A stretch of DNA of 27,328 bases from Candidatus Hydrogenedentota bacterium (GCA_029974275.1 JARKSN010000022.1:1-27328), one strand, 5' to 3'. Positions 1 through 8,847 are shown, counted from the first letter of the stretch. Numbers and translations are program-made. The notes: generated from the sequence alone by a model not told the origin.

Positions 1-2110
1 CGGCGACGGCCACGTAGGCCAGGGCGGTGCGCGGGCGTTCTGCGTAACGCCCGGCGTACAGACTGCCGAGGCCCGACCACACGAGCATGCTCGACAGGAC
101 CACCGCAAACGAGGTCACGGAATCGTTCAACACCCAGCTCAGACGCTCGATGAGGGTCATCTCGATAAACAGGAAGCCGAGCCCGAGGCATGCGAAATAC
201 ACAACGCCGCGCAAGATCGTCGTGCGCGGCGCGGTGATGCGCCCAATGCGGACCAGCGGCAACGCAGAAACGATCGCCGCGAAAAACAGCGCCTGAATCA
301 GCACCCCGAGGTTGACAAGATAGCCGACCTCCTGTTGCGGAACCATGTCGAGCTTGGCGAGCACCGTCTTGAGGTGTTCGGGGCGCAACACGTAATGCGG
401 AAAGGGACGGTCGTTGGTGATGGGTGCGAAATTGAAAAAGGCTTTATCGACAAACGTGCGCGGTTGCGCAAAGAGCGTCAGGAGTTGATCGCGGATGCTG
501 TCGCGTGGCGTGCCGGTTTCAAGCGACTCGCCCGTGTCCTCGAACGTGAACGGCGGAAGGTCGTTCCACCCCTCGACCGTCGCAGGGTCGATGCCCGCGA
601 AGAAGGGCGTGTCGAACGAACGCTCGGAGCAATACGTGCGCATCGCGGCAATCTCATCCGCCGTGAAAGGCGCCTTCGCGATAAGGACGGAAACCTCCCA
701 TTCGCTACGATACACGAGGACGTGCGTCTGTGGTGCGTCGATGTTCAGTTCGGTCAGCGCCTGTTCGACGGTGCGCGCGACCTTGACGGCATAGCCGGGG
801 AAATCGCGGATCGGCGCGGGTACAGCAATGAGACCGTTCGGCGAGAGAACGCCGTAGTACTCCTTGATCGCCTCGACACTGAAGGCATAAGCATTCTCAC
901 GACCGGAATCGAAGTAGTCCGGCGATACCTCGACGAGGTCGAACGGTGTGCGCGTTCGCGAGAGATAGGTCTGCGGCCCCTGCAAAAGGAATTCGACTCG
1001 CGCGCCTTTCAGTTTGCCCGATGTCTCGAGCGCCGCGCCGCCGTCGAGCGCACGGCATATCTGTTCGTCACTATCGAGGGCGACGATGTCGCGACAGCCC
1101 AGTTCCGCCGCCTCGGCAATGCGGAATCCGCCGCTGGTCCCGACGAGCAACACGCGGCTGGGCTTGCGCAGGACATACGGCAAGCTCGTGAGCGCGCCGT
1201 TGACGTACATGAAATCGATCGTGGCTGCATCCTGCGGCAGCGAAGCGAGCCGATTACCATCCTTGTACAGGCCAAACGCGCGCGGCGGATCGGGCACGCC
1301 GAGCAAGCCCATGTTGTTCGTCATCGAGAGGTCGCGGCGCTCGGTGAAGTTGTCGAGGGTCAGGTAATAGCCCTTGGGCGACTTCGCTTCGCCGACGATG
1401 CGGTTGCCTTCCACGTTCAGGATGGGGTAGATCGCCTTGTATTCGAAGTATTTTGCTTGATTATTGAAGACGACCCACGCCTCGCACCCGATCAGCAGGG
1501 CCACGCTGACGACGGTCAGCGCAACGACTTTGCGGCGACCCAGCTCGCGCAGTCCGGCAAGCACCGCGAGCACCGGAAAAGGCAACACCGCGCACAGCAG
1601 ATAAAACGGGTGGACATAGAACATCGCGCCAAGGATGAGCATCGCGCCGATGCCCGCGCCGATGAGGTCTGCCGCATAGAGCTGCGCCATGCGGTTCTGG
1701 TACGCCGTGAAACAGAGGCCCATGTACAACCCGGAGAAAAAGTAGAACGGCAGCAGTGCGAGATAAAGCCCGCCGATGTGGAGCAGTTGTCCCTTCCACA
1801 ACACCGGGTTCTGCAGTTCGATCGGGTTGAATGGGCTGATCGTCGTGAGGTGATAGCCCGCCGTCGCGGTGAACAGAATCACCAACGGCAAGTACGCCAG
1901 CATCGATTGCGCATGCCGCAGGAACGACGCTCGGAACAGCGCCAGTACAACGCCGCTGAGGGCATATCCGAACATCGCGCTCGAGATCACCCAGTAACCA
2001 TATTCCGACCAACTCGCCACCGCAAAATAGCGCGTGAGCATCACTTCGAAAGCGATAGCGCATAGAGAGATCAGGAGAATCGGAAGCGTACGGGATCGTG
2101 CGGAACTCAT
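1..2110 (-). CDS. Membrane-bound spermidine-synthase-like / class I SAM-dependent methyltransferase (3' end outside window)
   Basis: Translated by hand on the minus strand from ATG at 2110 (SD-like AGAGAGG upstream): MSSARSRTLPILLISLCAIAFEVMLTRYFAVASWSEYGYWVISSAMFGYALSG..., 'LYAADLIGAGIG', soluble domain 'RVLLVGTSGGF...IVALD', 'ITNDRPF', then 'YFACLGLGFLFIEMTLIERL'. This is the typical TM-MTase-TM layout. The frame is open to the window edge, which is why the ORF track lacks it. Confidence 0.85.
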   Translation of the reverse strand, partial: MSSARSRTLPILLISLCAIAFEVMLTRYFAVASWSEYGYWVISSAMFGYALSGVVLALFRASFLRHAQSMLAYLPLVILFTATAGYHLTTISPFNPIELQNPVLWKGQLLHIGGLYLALLPFYFFSGLYMGLCFTAYQNRMAQLYAADLIGAGIGAMLILGAMFYVHPFYLLCAVLPFPVLAVLAGLRELGRRKVVALTVVSVALLIGCEAWVVFNNQAKYFEYKAIYPILNVEGNRIVGEAKSPKGYYLTLDNFTERRDLSMTNNMGLLGVPDPPRAFGLYKDGNRLASLPQDAATIDFMYVNGALTSLPYVLRKPSRVLLVGTSGGFRIAEAAELGCRDIVALDSDEQICRALDGGAALETSGKLKGARVEFLLQGPQTYLSRTRTPFDLVEVSPDYFDSGRENAYAFSVEAIKEYYGVLSPNGLIAVPAPIRDFPGYAVKVARTVEQALTELNIDAPQTHVLVYRSEWEVSVLIAKAPFTADEIAAMRTYCSERSFDTPFFAGIDPATVEGWNDLPPFTFEDTGESLETGTPRDSIRDQLLTLFAQPRTFVDKAFFNFAPITNDRPFPHYVLRPEHLKTVLAKLDMVPQQEVGYLVNLGVLIQALFFAAIVSALPLVRIGRITAPRTTILRGVVYFACLGLGFLFIEMTLIERLSWVLNDSVTSFAVVLSSMLVWSGLGSLYAGRYAERPRTALAYVAVA

Positions 2111-2384
2111 CGGGCCTCTCTGTATCGTCAGAATTGCGTATCTCAAGGGGACTGCACAACAAACTTCCAGCGACTCGCGAGACATCATTCTGCGCCGTCG
2201 CGAATTTTCCTCGGCGCGCGCCGGGCGATATAGTGCTCCTGCAAACGGCGCATCGTCAAGCACGACAAGCGATGAAAGGATTGCAACGCCGATTTGCGAA
2301 TATACGATCCGATTTGCGACTCTTTTCCTCCCGCGTGGTGCGGGACAGGTCAGGATTGCAAAACCAATCGCCGGAGGTGCTGGA

Positions 2385-3533
2385 ATGTATCGTAATTTGA
2401 CAAAAGCAGTGAAAGCCAAAACGGGCCGGTTCTCATCGTGGGACAAGAGCGGCCGCAATGCAGACGTGTGGTGGTGGGCGCCGGGAAAGAGCCGCGTGCT
2501 GGCGGACATCAAGGGGCCGGGGCGCATCACGCACATCTGGATGACCCAGTTCCACCATTACCGCGAATGCTTGTTGAAGATCACATGGGACAATGCCAAA
2601 GCCCCGAGCGTGCTCGTGCCGTTGGGAGACTTTTTCTGCCTGGGGCACGGCATTGTGAACTCGTTTGAAAGCGCGTTTTTCACTGCGTCAACGGCCCACA
2701 ACAACAAAGTGCTCCAGGGCTGCGCGTTGAACTGCTACATCCAGATGCCGTTCCGCGAGCGCGCCGTGATTGAATTGGTCAACGAGAGCGCGGAAGAGCA
2801 CGCGAATTATTTTTACGTCGATTACGAGACCTACGACGAACCCTTGCCGGATGATGAACTCTACTTCCACGCGGAATGGCGCCGCGAAAATCCCTTCGGC
2901 GGCTGGGGCGGCGAAGTCATGGCGAACGCGCCCGAGGCCGACATCGTCAACACGGAAAAACTGGCGTGGGACAATAACTACGTCATCCTCGACGCAAAGG
3001 GCAGCGGCCATTACATTGGATGCAACCTCAGCGTCACGAATTTCCAGGGATCGTGGTGGGGCGAAGGCGACGACATGATCTGGGTCGACGGCTACAAATG
3101 GCCGCCAGATTTGCACGGGACCGGTAGCGAAGACTATCTGAACCAGGCATGGGGCATGCAGCCAAACGCATACCTGCGCAACGGATCGTCCATCCACGAA
3201 CACAACACGAACGGCTACCAGACCAGCTACGTATTTCACCTGGAAAACCCGGTGCGCTTCAACAAGTCCATCAAGGTTACCATCGAGCACGGCCACGGCA
3301 ACCATCTTTGCAACGAAATGGCCAGCACGGCCTATTGGTACGCTGACAAGCCCTATCCGGCGGCGAAAGTCCCACCGGTTGCCAAACGCCTCGCCGTTTT
3401 GCGCGACGCCACAGGCAAATGGACCAACCCGAAGGCGGCGCAGATCACCTCACGCGTCATTTCCCCCAATAAGGAAATGCGCGAGATGAAAGCGAAGTGG
3501 AAGAAGGCGCATCCGAAGAGAAAGATGGCGTAA
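2385..3533 (+). CDS. DUF2961 / glycoside hydrolase family 172 protein
   Basis: Motifs GPGRITHIWMT, PSVLVPLGDFF, NCYIQMPF, WWGEGDD, HGTGSEDY, F-x-KSIKVTIEHG. SD GGAGG at 2373-2377 precedes ATG 2385. No signal peptide. Confidence 0.88.
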   Translation: MYRNLTKAVKAKTGRFSSWDKSGRNADVWWWAPGKSRVLADIKGPGRITHIWMTQFHHYRECLLKITWDNAKAPSVLVPLGDFFCLGHGIVNSFESAFFTASTAHNNKVLQGCALNCYIQMPFRERAVIELVNESAEEHANYFYVDYETYDEPLPDDELYFHAEWRRENPFGGWGGEVMANAPEADIVNTEKLAWDNNYVILDAKGSGHYIGCNLSVTNFQGSWWGEGDDMIWVDGYKWPPDLHGTGSEDYLNQAWGMQPNAYLRNGSSIHEHNTNGYQTSYVFHLENPVRFNKSIKVTIEHGHGNHLCNEMASTAYWYADKPYPAAKVPPVAKRLAVLRDATGKWTNPKAAQITSRVISPNKEMREMKAKWKKAHPKRKMA

Positions 3534-3552
3534 CGATCGCAGGAAAGAAACA

Positions 3553-3587
3553 ATGGGGGGAGACTCTTCGAAGAAGTCTCCCCCCAT
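3553..3587. terminator. 13-bp GC-rich hairpin between convergent GH172 and purE; probable bidirectional terminator related to the repeat family at 16956 and 27156
   Basis: ATGGGGGGAGACT (3553-3565) and AGTCTCCCCCCAT (3575-3587) form a perfect inverted repeat. The A-rich run on the left reads as a U-rich tail on the minus strand. Confidence 0.7.
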
Positions 3588-3600
3588 CAAGATACTCTTC

Positions 3601-4089
3601 TTACGGCAAGGTTTCGGCGAGAATCTTCTTCGCGCGCTCGGCGCGATAGGCTTCGATCTTTTTGAATAAATCCGGATGCGCGATTCCCAGGATGCTGACC
3701 GCCAACAAGGCGGCGTTTGTCGCGCCGGCCTTGCCGATGGCCAACGTCCCGACGGGAATTCCTGCCGGCATCTGGACTATCGATAACAGCGAGTCGAGCC
3801 CTTGCAGTTTGCTTTCGATGGGAACGCCCAATACGGGACGCGTCGTTTGCGCCGCAATCACGCCTGCCAGATGCGCCGCGCCGCCCGCGCCGGCAAGAAA
3901 CACTTCGCACCCGCGCTCTTGAACATCCGAGAGGTAATCGGCGAGTTCTCGCGGCGTGCGATGCGCAGACAAGACGCGGCACTCATGCGGCACGCCGAAC
4001 TCGGCAAGCGTATCCGACGCCGCACGCATGGTATCCCAATCCGATTTACTGCCCATGATGATGGCAACCCAAGGACCGGTCGTAGTCAT
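3601..4089 (-). CDS. purE: N5-carboxyaminoimidazole ribonucleotide mutase
   Basis: [69 protein letters not shown] upstream. Confidence 0.97.
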   Translation of the reverse strand: MTTTGPWVAIIMGSKSDWDTMRAASDTLAEFGVPHECRVLSAHRTPRELADYLSDVQERGCEVFLAGAGGAAHLAGVIAAQTTRPVLGVPIESKLQGLDSLLSIVQMPAGIPVGTLAIGKAGATNAALLAVSILGIAHPDLFKKIEAYRAERAKKILAETLP

Positions 4090-4145
4090 GATTCACCTCT
4101 CGGTTGGATGTTGGATGAAATACGATCAATCTATGGCGAAGAAGG

Positions 4146-4385
4146 TCAGGCGTCCTCGTGCGGCTGTTCGTGATCCGCCGCGAATTCTTCCAACGCGTCT
4201 TCTATCATTTTCCGGTGATCGCACTCGAACAACTCGCGATCGGCCTTTCTCCGGAAGAGCACGCGCCGCTCGTGGTGCTCGTGCGTGGCAACGGTTTTCA
4301 GGCGGCGATCGATGACTTTACGTCGATCTTTTTGCCATTCGCCATTCGCGTCTTTGTAGTATCCGGGCCTAATTTCGTCTTGCAC
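4146..4385 (-). CDS. Small Arg/Asp/His-rich hypothetical protein (~79 aa)
   Basis: GTG at 4385 with SD-like AGGGGG, downstream of a strong sigma-70 promoter and co-oriented with purE. Contains DRRKVIDRR and ERRVLFRRKADR. Confidence 0.65.
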   Translation of the reverse strand: MQDEIRPGYYKDANGEWQKDRRKVIDRRLKTVATHEHHERRVLFRRKADRELFECDHRKMIEDALEEFAADHEQPHEDA

Positions 4386-4448
4386 GGCTTTCCCCCTGCC
4401 TCGACGCAAACGCGCCGACTTCTTGCGTTTCCACCGTCCGTCGGCATG

Positions 4449-4477
4449 AGTATACGGGGCGAACCCGCGCTCGTCAA
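4449..4477 (-). promoter_or_regulatory. sigma-70 promoter for the small ORF and purE
   Basis: Minus strand TTGACG-N17-TATACT. Confidence 0.75.
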
Positions 4478-4571
4478 GAGATGCCCGGCGAACTTTTCCG
4501 GAAGGTTGGTGTCGAAGAAAGTGAGTCAGGAAATGACCGGTCGATGGCCGCTACATATGGAGGAACTCACG

Positions 4572-7019
4572 ATGCGAAAAAACGTATGCAAGGCGATAGC
4601 GGGAGTGCTATTAGCGCTGGGCTGGGCGAGTTTCGCTTTTGCAGCGCCGGTGACGGAAGTGGCGTTGCAAGCGGTCGACCAGGAAGGCAACCTGCTCGGC
4701 TATTGCCCCTTGAAGCACACGGACGTGAAAGTCGATATATCCGGATTTGTGGCGCGGGTCACGCTGACGCAGAAGTTTGAAGACCCCTTCCCGAACCCGA
4801 TTGAGGCGATCTATGTGTTCCCGATGTCCGAGCGAGGGGCCGTGGATTCGATGACCATGACCATTGGCGATCGGGTCATTCGCGGCGACATCAAGAAACG
4901 CGCCGAGGCGCGGCAGATCTACGAGGAAGCCAAGCGGCAGGGCAAAACGGCGAGCCTGCTTGATCAGGAACGCCCGAACATCTTTACGCAATCCGTGGCG
5001 AATATTCTGCCAGGCAGCGCCATTGACATCACCATCACGTATGTCGAGAGTCTCGAATACGAGGCGGGGGAGTATACGTTCGCATTTCCCATGGTTGTAG
5101 GCCCCCGCTACATCCCGGGTCAGCCGGTGGCGTCTGCGACGTCCGCCGACCATCGCCTTGTGCCTGGCCTGAAGCCCGGGCCGGACGCGACGGACCGCGT
5201 GCCTGATTCGGGGCGCATCATACCGCCTGTTACTCCGGAAGGCACGCGCGCGGGACACGATGTCTCGCTTGAAGTGCGCCTTGACGCGGGCGTATCGGTT
5301 CAGGATGTGATATCCGAATTGCACAAAGTCGATATTGAGCGACCGTCCGAGCGCCAGGCGGTTGTTCGCCTGCAACATCAGAACGAGATCCCGAACCGCG
5401 ATTTCATCCTGCGCTACAAAGTCGCCGGTGCGACACTTGAAGACGCGGTCCTGACGCACGCAGACAAACGCGGCGGTTTCTTCACGCTTATTATGCAGCC
5501 GCCGGCAAATCCCGCGCGCGAAAGTGTCGCCGCGAAGGAACTTTATTTTGTCATCGATTGCAGCGGTTCGATGAGCGGTTTCCCGATCGAGAAAGCCAAA
5601 GAGGTCATGCGGCGCTGTGTCGAAGGTCTCGGGCCAGCCGATACATTCAATCTCGTCTCGTTTGCCGGCGGGATGGGTTTCTGTTTCGATAAACCCGTGC
5701 TGAACAGCGTGGATCATCGCGCGAAGGCCCTTGAATACCTGCGTAATTTGCAGGGCGGCGGCGGGACCGAGATGTTGCCCGCGATTCATGCAGCGCTGGC
5801 CGATCAAAAAGGAGCCGACCGTCTGCGCGTGGCGTGTTTCATGACGGACGGGTTCATTGGCAACGACTTCGAGATTCTCGATGCGATCCAAAAGAATGCG
5901 GGCACGGCACGCGTGTTTGCGTTTGGGATTGGCAACTCGGTCAACCGTTTCCTCATCGAAGGCATGGGGCGGCTGGGGCGTGGCGCATCGGAAATCGTGT
6001 CGCTGGAATCCGACGCGGACAAGGCCGTGGCCCGGTATATCGATCGCGTAAAGGACCCGCTGTTGACCGATCTGTCGGTCGCGTTTGACGGCGTCAAGGT
6101 GTCGGACGTTCTCCCAGAACCCAGCGCCTTGCCTGACTTGTTCGCAGGGCGCCCTTTGGTGTTGAAAGGGCGCTATAACGGCAGCGGCGACGGCGCAATC
6201 GTCGTAAAAGGCAAAGCGGCAGGGCGGCCGTTCGAGCGGCGCATCCCTGTCTCGTTCAAAACCGACGAGCCCGCGAACGAGGCCTTGGCGTCGTTGTGGG
6301 CGCGTGAAAAGATCGAGCAACTCATAGCCAAGGATTACCTGGGGGCGCAGCGTGGCAAGCCTGACAAAGACGTCGAAGGCGCCGTGACGGACCTCGGGCT
6401 GACGTATCGCCTTGTGACACAGTACACCAGTTTTGTCGCCGTAGAACAATGCGTTGTCACCAAGGGCGGCAAGACCGTCACCGTCGAGGTCCCTGTCGAA
6501 ATGCCCGACGGCGTCAGCTACAGCGGCGTGTTCGGCGACGGGGGACAGGTCATGAGCCGAGGAGAAGTGAAATCCGGCGGCGGTCGCCTGTACCAGACAA
6601 CAGCCGGCAAGACAATGCCAGCAGCGGAGCCGCGCCTGTCAGTAAACGACGCAGCAGAGATTGCGGTAGCGTTGCCGGAGAAGCAGTCCGGCATTGACGT
6701 AGCGTCGCCGGCGAGCAGCGTGACCAAAAACGACGCGGCCCTGGCTAAACTTGATCCGGCCTTGGCGGCACTCGTGAAGGGAAATGCCGGCAATGCAAAT
6801 GGCCTGAAGATCGTTGACGGAATGGTTGAGGTGAAAATCGAACTCACGGCGCTCAACAATGAATATCTCGCCGCGATCAAGGCCCTCGGCATCGACATCA
6901 TCGCGCAGACCTACGCCAGCAATACCGTCTTGGCAAAGGCGCCCACCACACTCCTGAAAGCCATCGCGGAAAGGCCGTATGTCGTGAGGATTACATCCGC
7001 AACGTCTTCCCGTTCGTGA
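4572..7019 (+). CDS. Secreted VIT and vWA domain protein (inter-alpha-trypsin inhibitor-like)
   Basis: SD GGAGGA before ATG 4572; signal peptide ending in AFA-A; VIT domain (LKHTDVKVDISGFVARVTLTQKF...EAIYVFP...LLDQERPNIFTQSVANI); vWA MIDAS DCSGS...GGGTE...TDG; LWAREKI; LVTQYTSFVAVE. Confidence 0.92.
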   Translation: MRKNVCKAIAGVLLALGWASFAFAAPVTEVALQAVDQEGNLLGYCPLKHTDVKVDISGFVARVTLTQKFEDPFPNPIEAIYVFPMSERGAVDSMTMTIGDRVIRGDIKKRAEARQIYEEAKRQGKTASLLDQERPNIFTQSVANILPGSAIDITITYVESLEYEAGEYTFAFPMVVGPRYIPGQPVASATSADHRLVPGLKPGPDATDRVPDSGRIIPPVTPEGTRAGHDVSLEVRLDAGVSVQDVISELHKVDIERPSERQAVVRLQHQNEIPNRDFILRYKVAGATLEDAVLTHADKRGGFFTLIMQPPANPARESVAAKELYFVIDCSGSMSGFPIEKAKEVMRRCVEGLGPADTFNLVSFAGGMGFCFDKPVLNSVDHRAKALEYLRNLQGGGGTEMLPAIHAALADQKGADRLRVACFMTDGFIGNDFEILDAIQKNAGTARVFAFGIGNSVNRFLIEGMGRLGRGASEIVSLESDADKAVARYIDRVKDPLLTDLSVAFDGVKVSDVLPEPSALPDLFAGRPLVLKGRYNGSGDGAIVVKGKAAGRPFERRIPVSFKTDEPANEALASLWAREKIEQLIAKDYLGAQRGKPDKDVEGAVTDLGLTYRLVTQYTSFVAVEQCVVTKGGKTVTVEVPVEMPDGVSYSGVFGDGGQVMSRGEVKSGGGRLYQTTAGKTMPAAEPRLSVNDAAEIAVALPEKQSGIDVASPASSVTKNDAALAKLDPALAALVKGNAGNANGLKIVDGMVEVKIELTALNNEYLAAIKALGIDIIAQTYASNTVLAKAPTTLLKAIAERPYVVRITSATSSRS

Positions 7020-7038
7020 ACGCGTTTGCACGGAGGCG

Positions 7039-7410
7039 CTAGGGCTGATCCTCCACGATATCCGTTTTCCGGGCGCGTCGGCGACGGCGCGCCTTGTTTT
7101 TTCGTATCCGGTCTCGCTTAAGAGCTTCGGAGCTAGCAGATCCAAGTTGCTGGGATTCAAGCAATTCACAAAGACGACGGCGTGCGTAGAAGCGGTTGAG
7201 CGCCTGCGATCGCGCCCGTTGCATCTTCACTTCAAGGCCGCTGGGGCGATGCACAAGCCGGACGCACGTTGCGGTGCGGTTGACATGTTGGCCGCCGGGG
7301 CCTCCGGAAGTCACGAACGATTCGTCCATGTCCTGTTCCAGCAGCCCGCACGCCGCCATGCGGGCGAACAGCTCGGCCTCTTTTGCCGGCGTCACCCCAA
7401 ATCGCGACAT
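7039..7410 (-). CDS. Peptide chain release factor-like protein (RF-1 domain, ArfB/YaeJ-like ribosome rescue peptidyl-tRNA hydrolase)
   Basis: ESFVTSGGPGGQHVNRTATCVRLVHRPSGLEVKMQRARSQALNR with the GGQ motif and a basic C-terminal tail (RIRKNKARRRRRARK). ATG at 7410 overlaps the end of the Nif3 gene. Confidence 0.88.
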   Translation of the reverse strand: MSRFGVTPAKEAELFARMAACGLLEQDMDESFVTSGGPGGQHVNRTATCVRLVHRPSGLEVKMQRARSQALNRFYARRRLCELLESQQLGSASSEALKRDRIRKNKARRRRRARKTDIVEDQP

Positions 7411-8222
7411 GTTCCGCTCGAATCGACGGTGCGCACGGTCCATGTGCGCGGATGCTCGGCGTAGTAGCGGAAGGGCGTGGGAGAGAACGCCTCGGCAAGG
7501 TGATGGCAGAGGTTTTCCATACCCCACATTTCGGTGGTGCCGTGCTCGAGGGTGATGATCGCGACGCCCATTTCAGCCAAGCGCTCGCGCACAGCCCAGT
7601 AACAAGCGCCGTCGTAGCAGACGATCATCACATCCGCGCCGCTCTCGACCATTTCCTTGTCGGGACCAATACATCCCACGCCAAGCGCGGGGCGACTCAC
7701 TATCCTCTCCGGATCGCCGATAACCTGCACGCAGTCCTCGCCCAACGGCGCGATTTTGCGCGCAATGAAACAAGCGAATTCGCGCAACGACTGCGGCGCG
7801 ATCTCGTACATGCCGTGCAAATTCCAGACCGTTCCTTCTTTGATGCGTTTGGTCAGGCCCAACCCCGCCGCCCAGGAATCGCGGATGCCGATTCCGGGCC
7901 AATTGTCCCAACTATCATGCGCGCGCAATACAACAAGGCCGGAATCGTCCAGGAATTGCTGCTTGGCGACACCGGGCTCAATGACGCGCCAGTTTTTTTC
8001 CTCGGCGCTGTGTTCCCAAAAGATAGGCTCATGCACGATCAACAGATCACATCCCTCCGCGTGCGCCTTCTTCATCGTGTCGAGCGATCCAAACCACGCG
8101 ACGCCCGCTTGGCGCACCTCGCGCATCGGATCGCCGTTTTTGCAGCCATCAACCGTGTTTTCGCGATTCACCCATGGGCTATGTTCGAGAAGATATGCGT
8201 GTATATCGTGCGTCGTGGGCAT
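7392..8222 (-). CDS. Nif3-like dinuclear metal centre protein
   Basis: TVDGCKNGDP, DLLIVHEPIFW, VLRAHDSWD and LEHGTTE metal-binding motifs of the NIF3/DUF34 family; SD AGGAGA. Confidence 0.85.
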   Translation of the reverse strand: MPTTHDIHAYLLEHSPWVNRENTVDGCKNGDPMREVRQAGVAWFGSLDTMKKAHAEGCDLLIVHEPIFWEHSAEEKNWRVIEPGVAKQQFLDDSGLVVLRAHDSWDNWPGIGIRDSWAAGLGLTKRIKEGTVWNLHGMYEIAPQSLREFACFIARKIAPLGEDCVQVIGDPERIVSRPALGVGCIGPDKEMVESGADVMIVCYDGACYWAVRERLAEMGVAIITLEHGTTEMWGMENLCHHLAEAFSPTPFRYYAEHPRTWTVRTVDSSGTCRDLG

Positions 8223-8263
8223 GACGTTCTCCTAGTTGGCCTGCGTGCGGCGATTTCCCCATG

Positions 8264-8292
8264 ACCATATCGCATCCTCTCCTCCGGGGCAA
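8264..8292 (-). promoter_or_regulatory. Possible sigma-70 promoter for Nif3 and the ArfB-like gene
   Basis: Minus strand TTGCCC-N17-TATGGT, about 40 nt upstream of the start codon. Confidence 0.4.
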
Positions 8293-8365
8293 GTGCGGGC
8301 ATGTGGCAAGAGAAGGGACTGCTGGAACGGGGAAAAAGACAGGAATGGCGATAGAGTTCCACTCG

Positions 8366-8416
8366 AAAAGACGCACACAGAACACGCCTCCCCGGTCGGA
8401 AGGGCGCTCTGCATGC
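8366..8416 (-). terminator. Intrinsic terminator after the YjfB-like gene
   Basis: Minus strand GCATGCAGAGCGC...GTGTTCTGTGTGC long stem with G-U pairs, followed by GTCTTTT. Confidence 0.6.
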
Positions 8417-8442
8417 CTGGCGTCGTGAACGTGACTGTTGAA

Positions 8443-8643
8443 CTATGCGATCAGATTCAGATTTTCACCCACATTGGGATCGAGAGGAATCACGGAACTC
8501 CGGATCAACTCGATCGCCTGTGCGCCTAGATTCTTGACGGTGATCGGCTGTCCCGATCCCGCAGCACTGTTCTGGCGCATTTCCTGGGAAGTGACGGTTT
8601 GAATCTCGGCCCCGACACCGCTCACGGCAGCGATATTTGTCAT
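8443..8643 (-). CDS. YjfB-like putative motility microprotein (66 aa)
   Basis: Strong SD GAAAGGAGG before ATG 8643. The C-terminus 'AIELIRSSVIPLDPNVGENLNLIA' resembles the YjfB-family ending (L-I/L...P-x-x-G-x-N-I/L-D/N-x-x-A). A sigma-28 promoter lies upstream. Confidence 0.65.
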   Translation of the reverse strand: MTNIAAVSGVGAEIQTVTSQEMRQNSAAGSGQPITVKNLGAQAIELIRSSVIPLDPNVGENLNLIA

Positions 8644-8820
8644 CGGGCGCCTCCTTTCTTCTCGCGGTCGCACATCCCGCTCCTGGATATCTCCCTCTCG
8701 GGCAAGCTCCCATGTTATTGTGCGATAAGGGTTTGTCGCCGTCCCTAGCTTGGTGGCGGTGGCTACCCCACGGAGCCAGCCTATTTGGAAGCCCCTCCAT
8801 GGACTTCCATCACGTCCTAT

Positions 8821-8847
8821 ATATCGGACAGTCTGAGCAGAACTTTA
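8821..8847 (-). promoter_or_regulatory. sigma-28 (FliA/SigD) promoter
   Basis: Minus strand TAAA(GTT)-N15-TCCGATAT versus consensus TAAA-N15-GCCGATAA/T. Confidence 0.75.

Noticed and set aside
335..2065. 576-aa plus-strand ORF
   Set aside because: Antisense shadow of the minus-strand membrane methyltransferase; Arg-rich with no recognisable motifs.
4611..6449. 612-aa minus-strand ORF
   Set aside because: Shadow of the VIT-vWA gene, typical of high-GC codon bias.
8644..8815. c-di-GMP or other known riboswitch in the sigma-28 leader
   Set aside because: I could not find the GEMM-type GGCAAA/GNRA-receptor pattern or other aptamer signatures by eye. An Rfam scan would be decisive.
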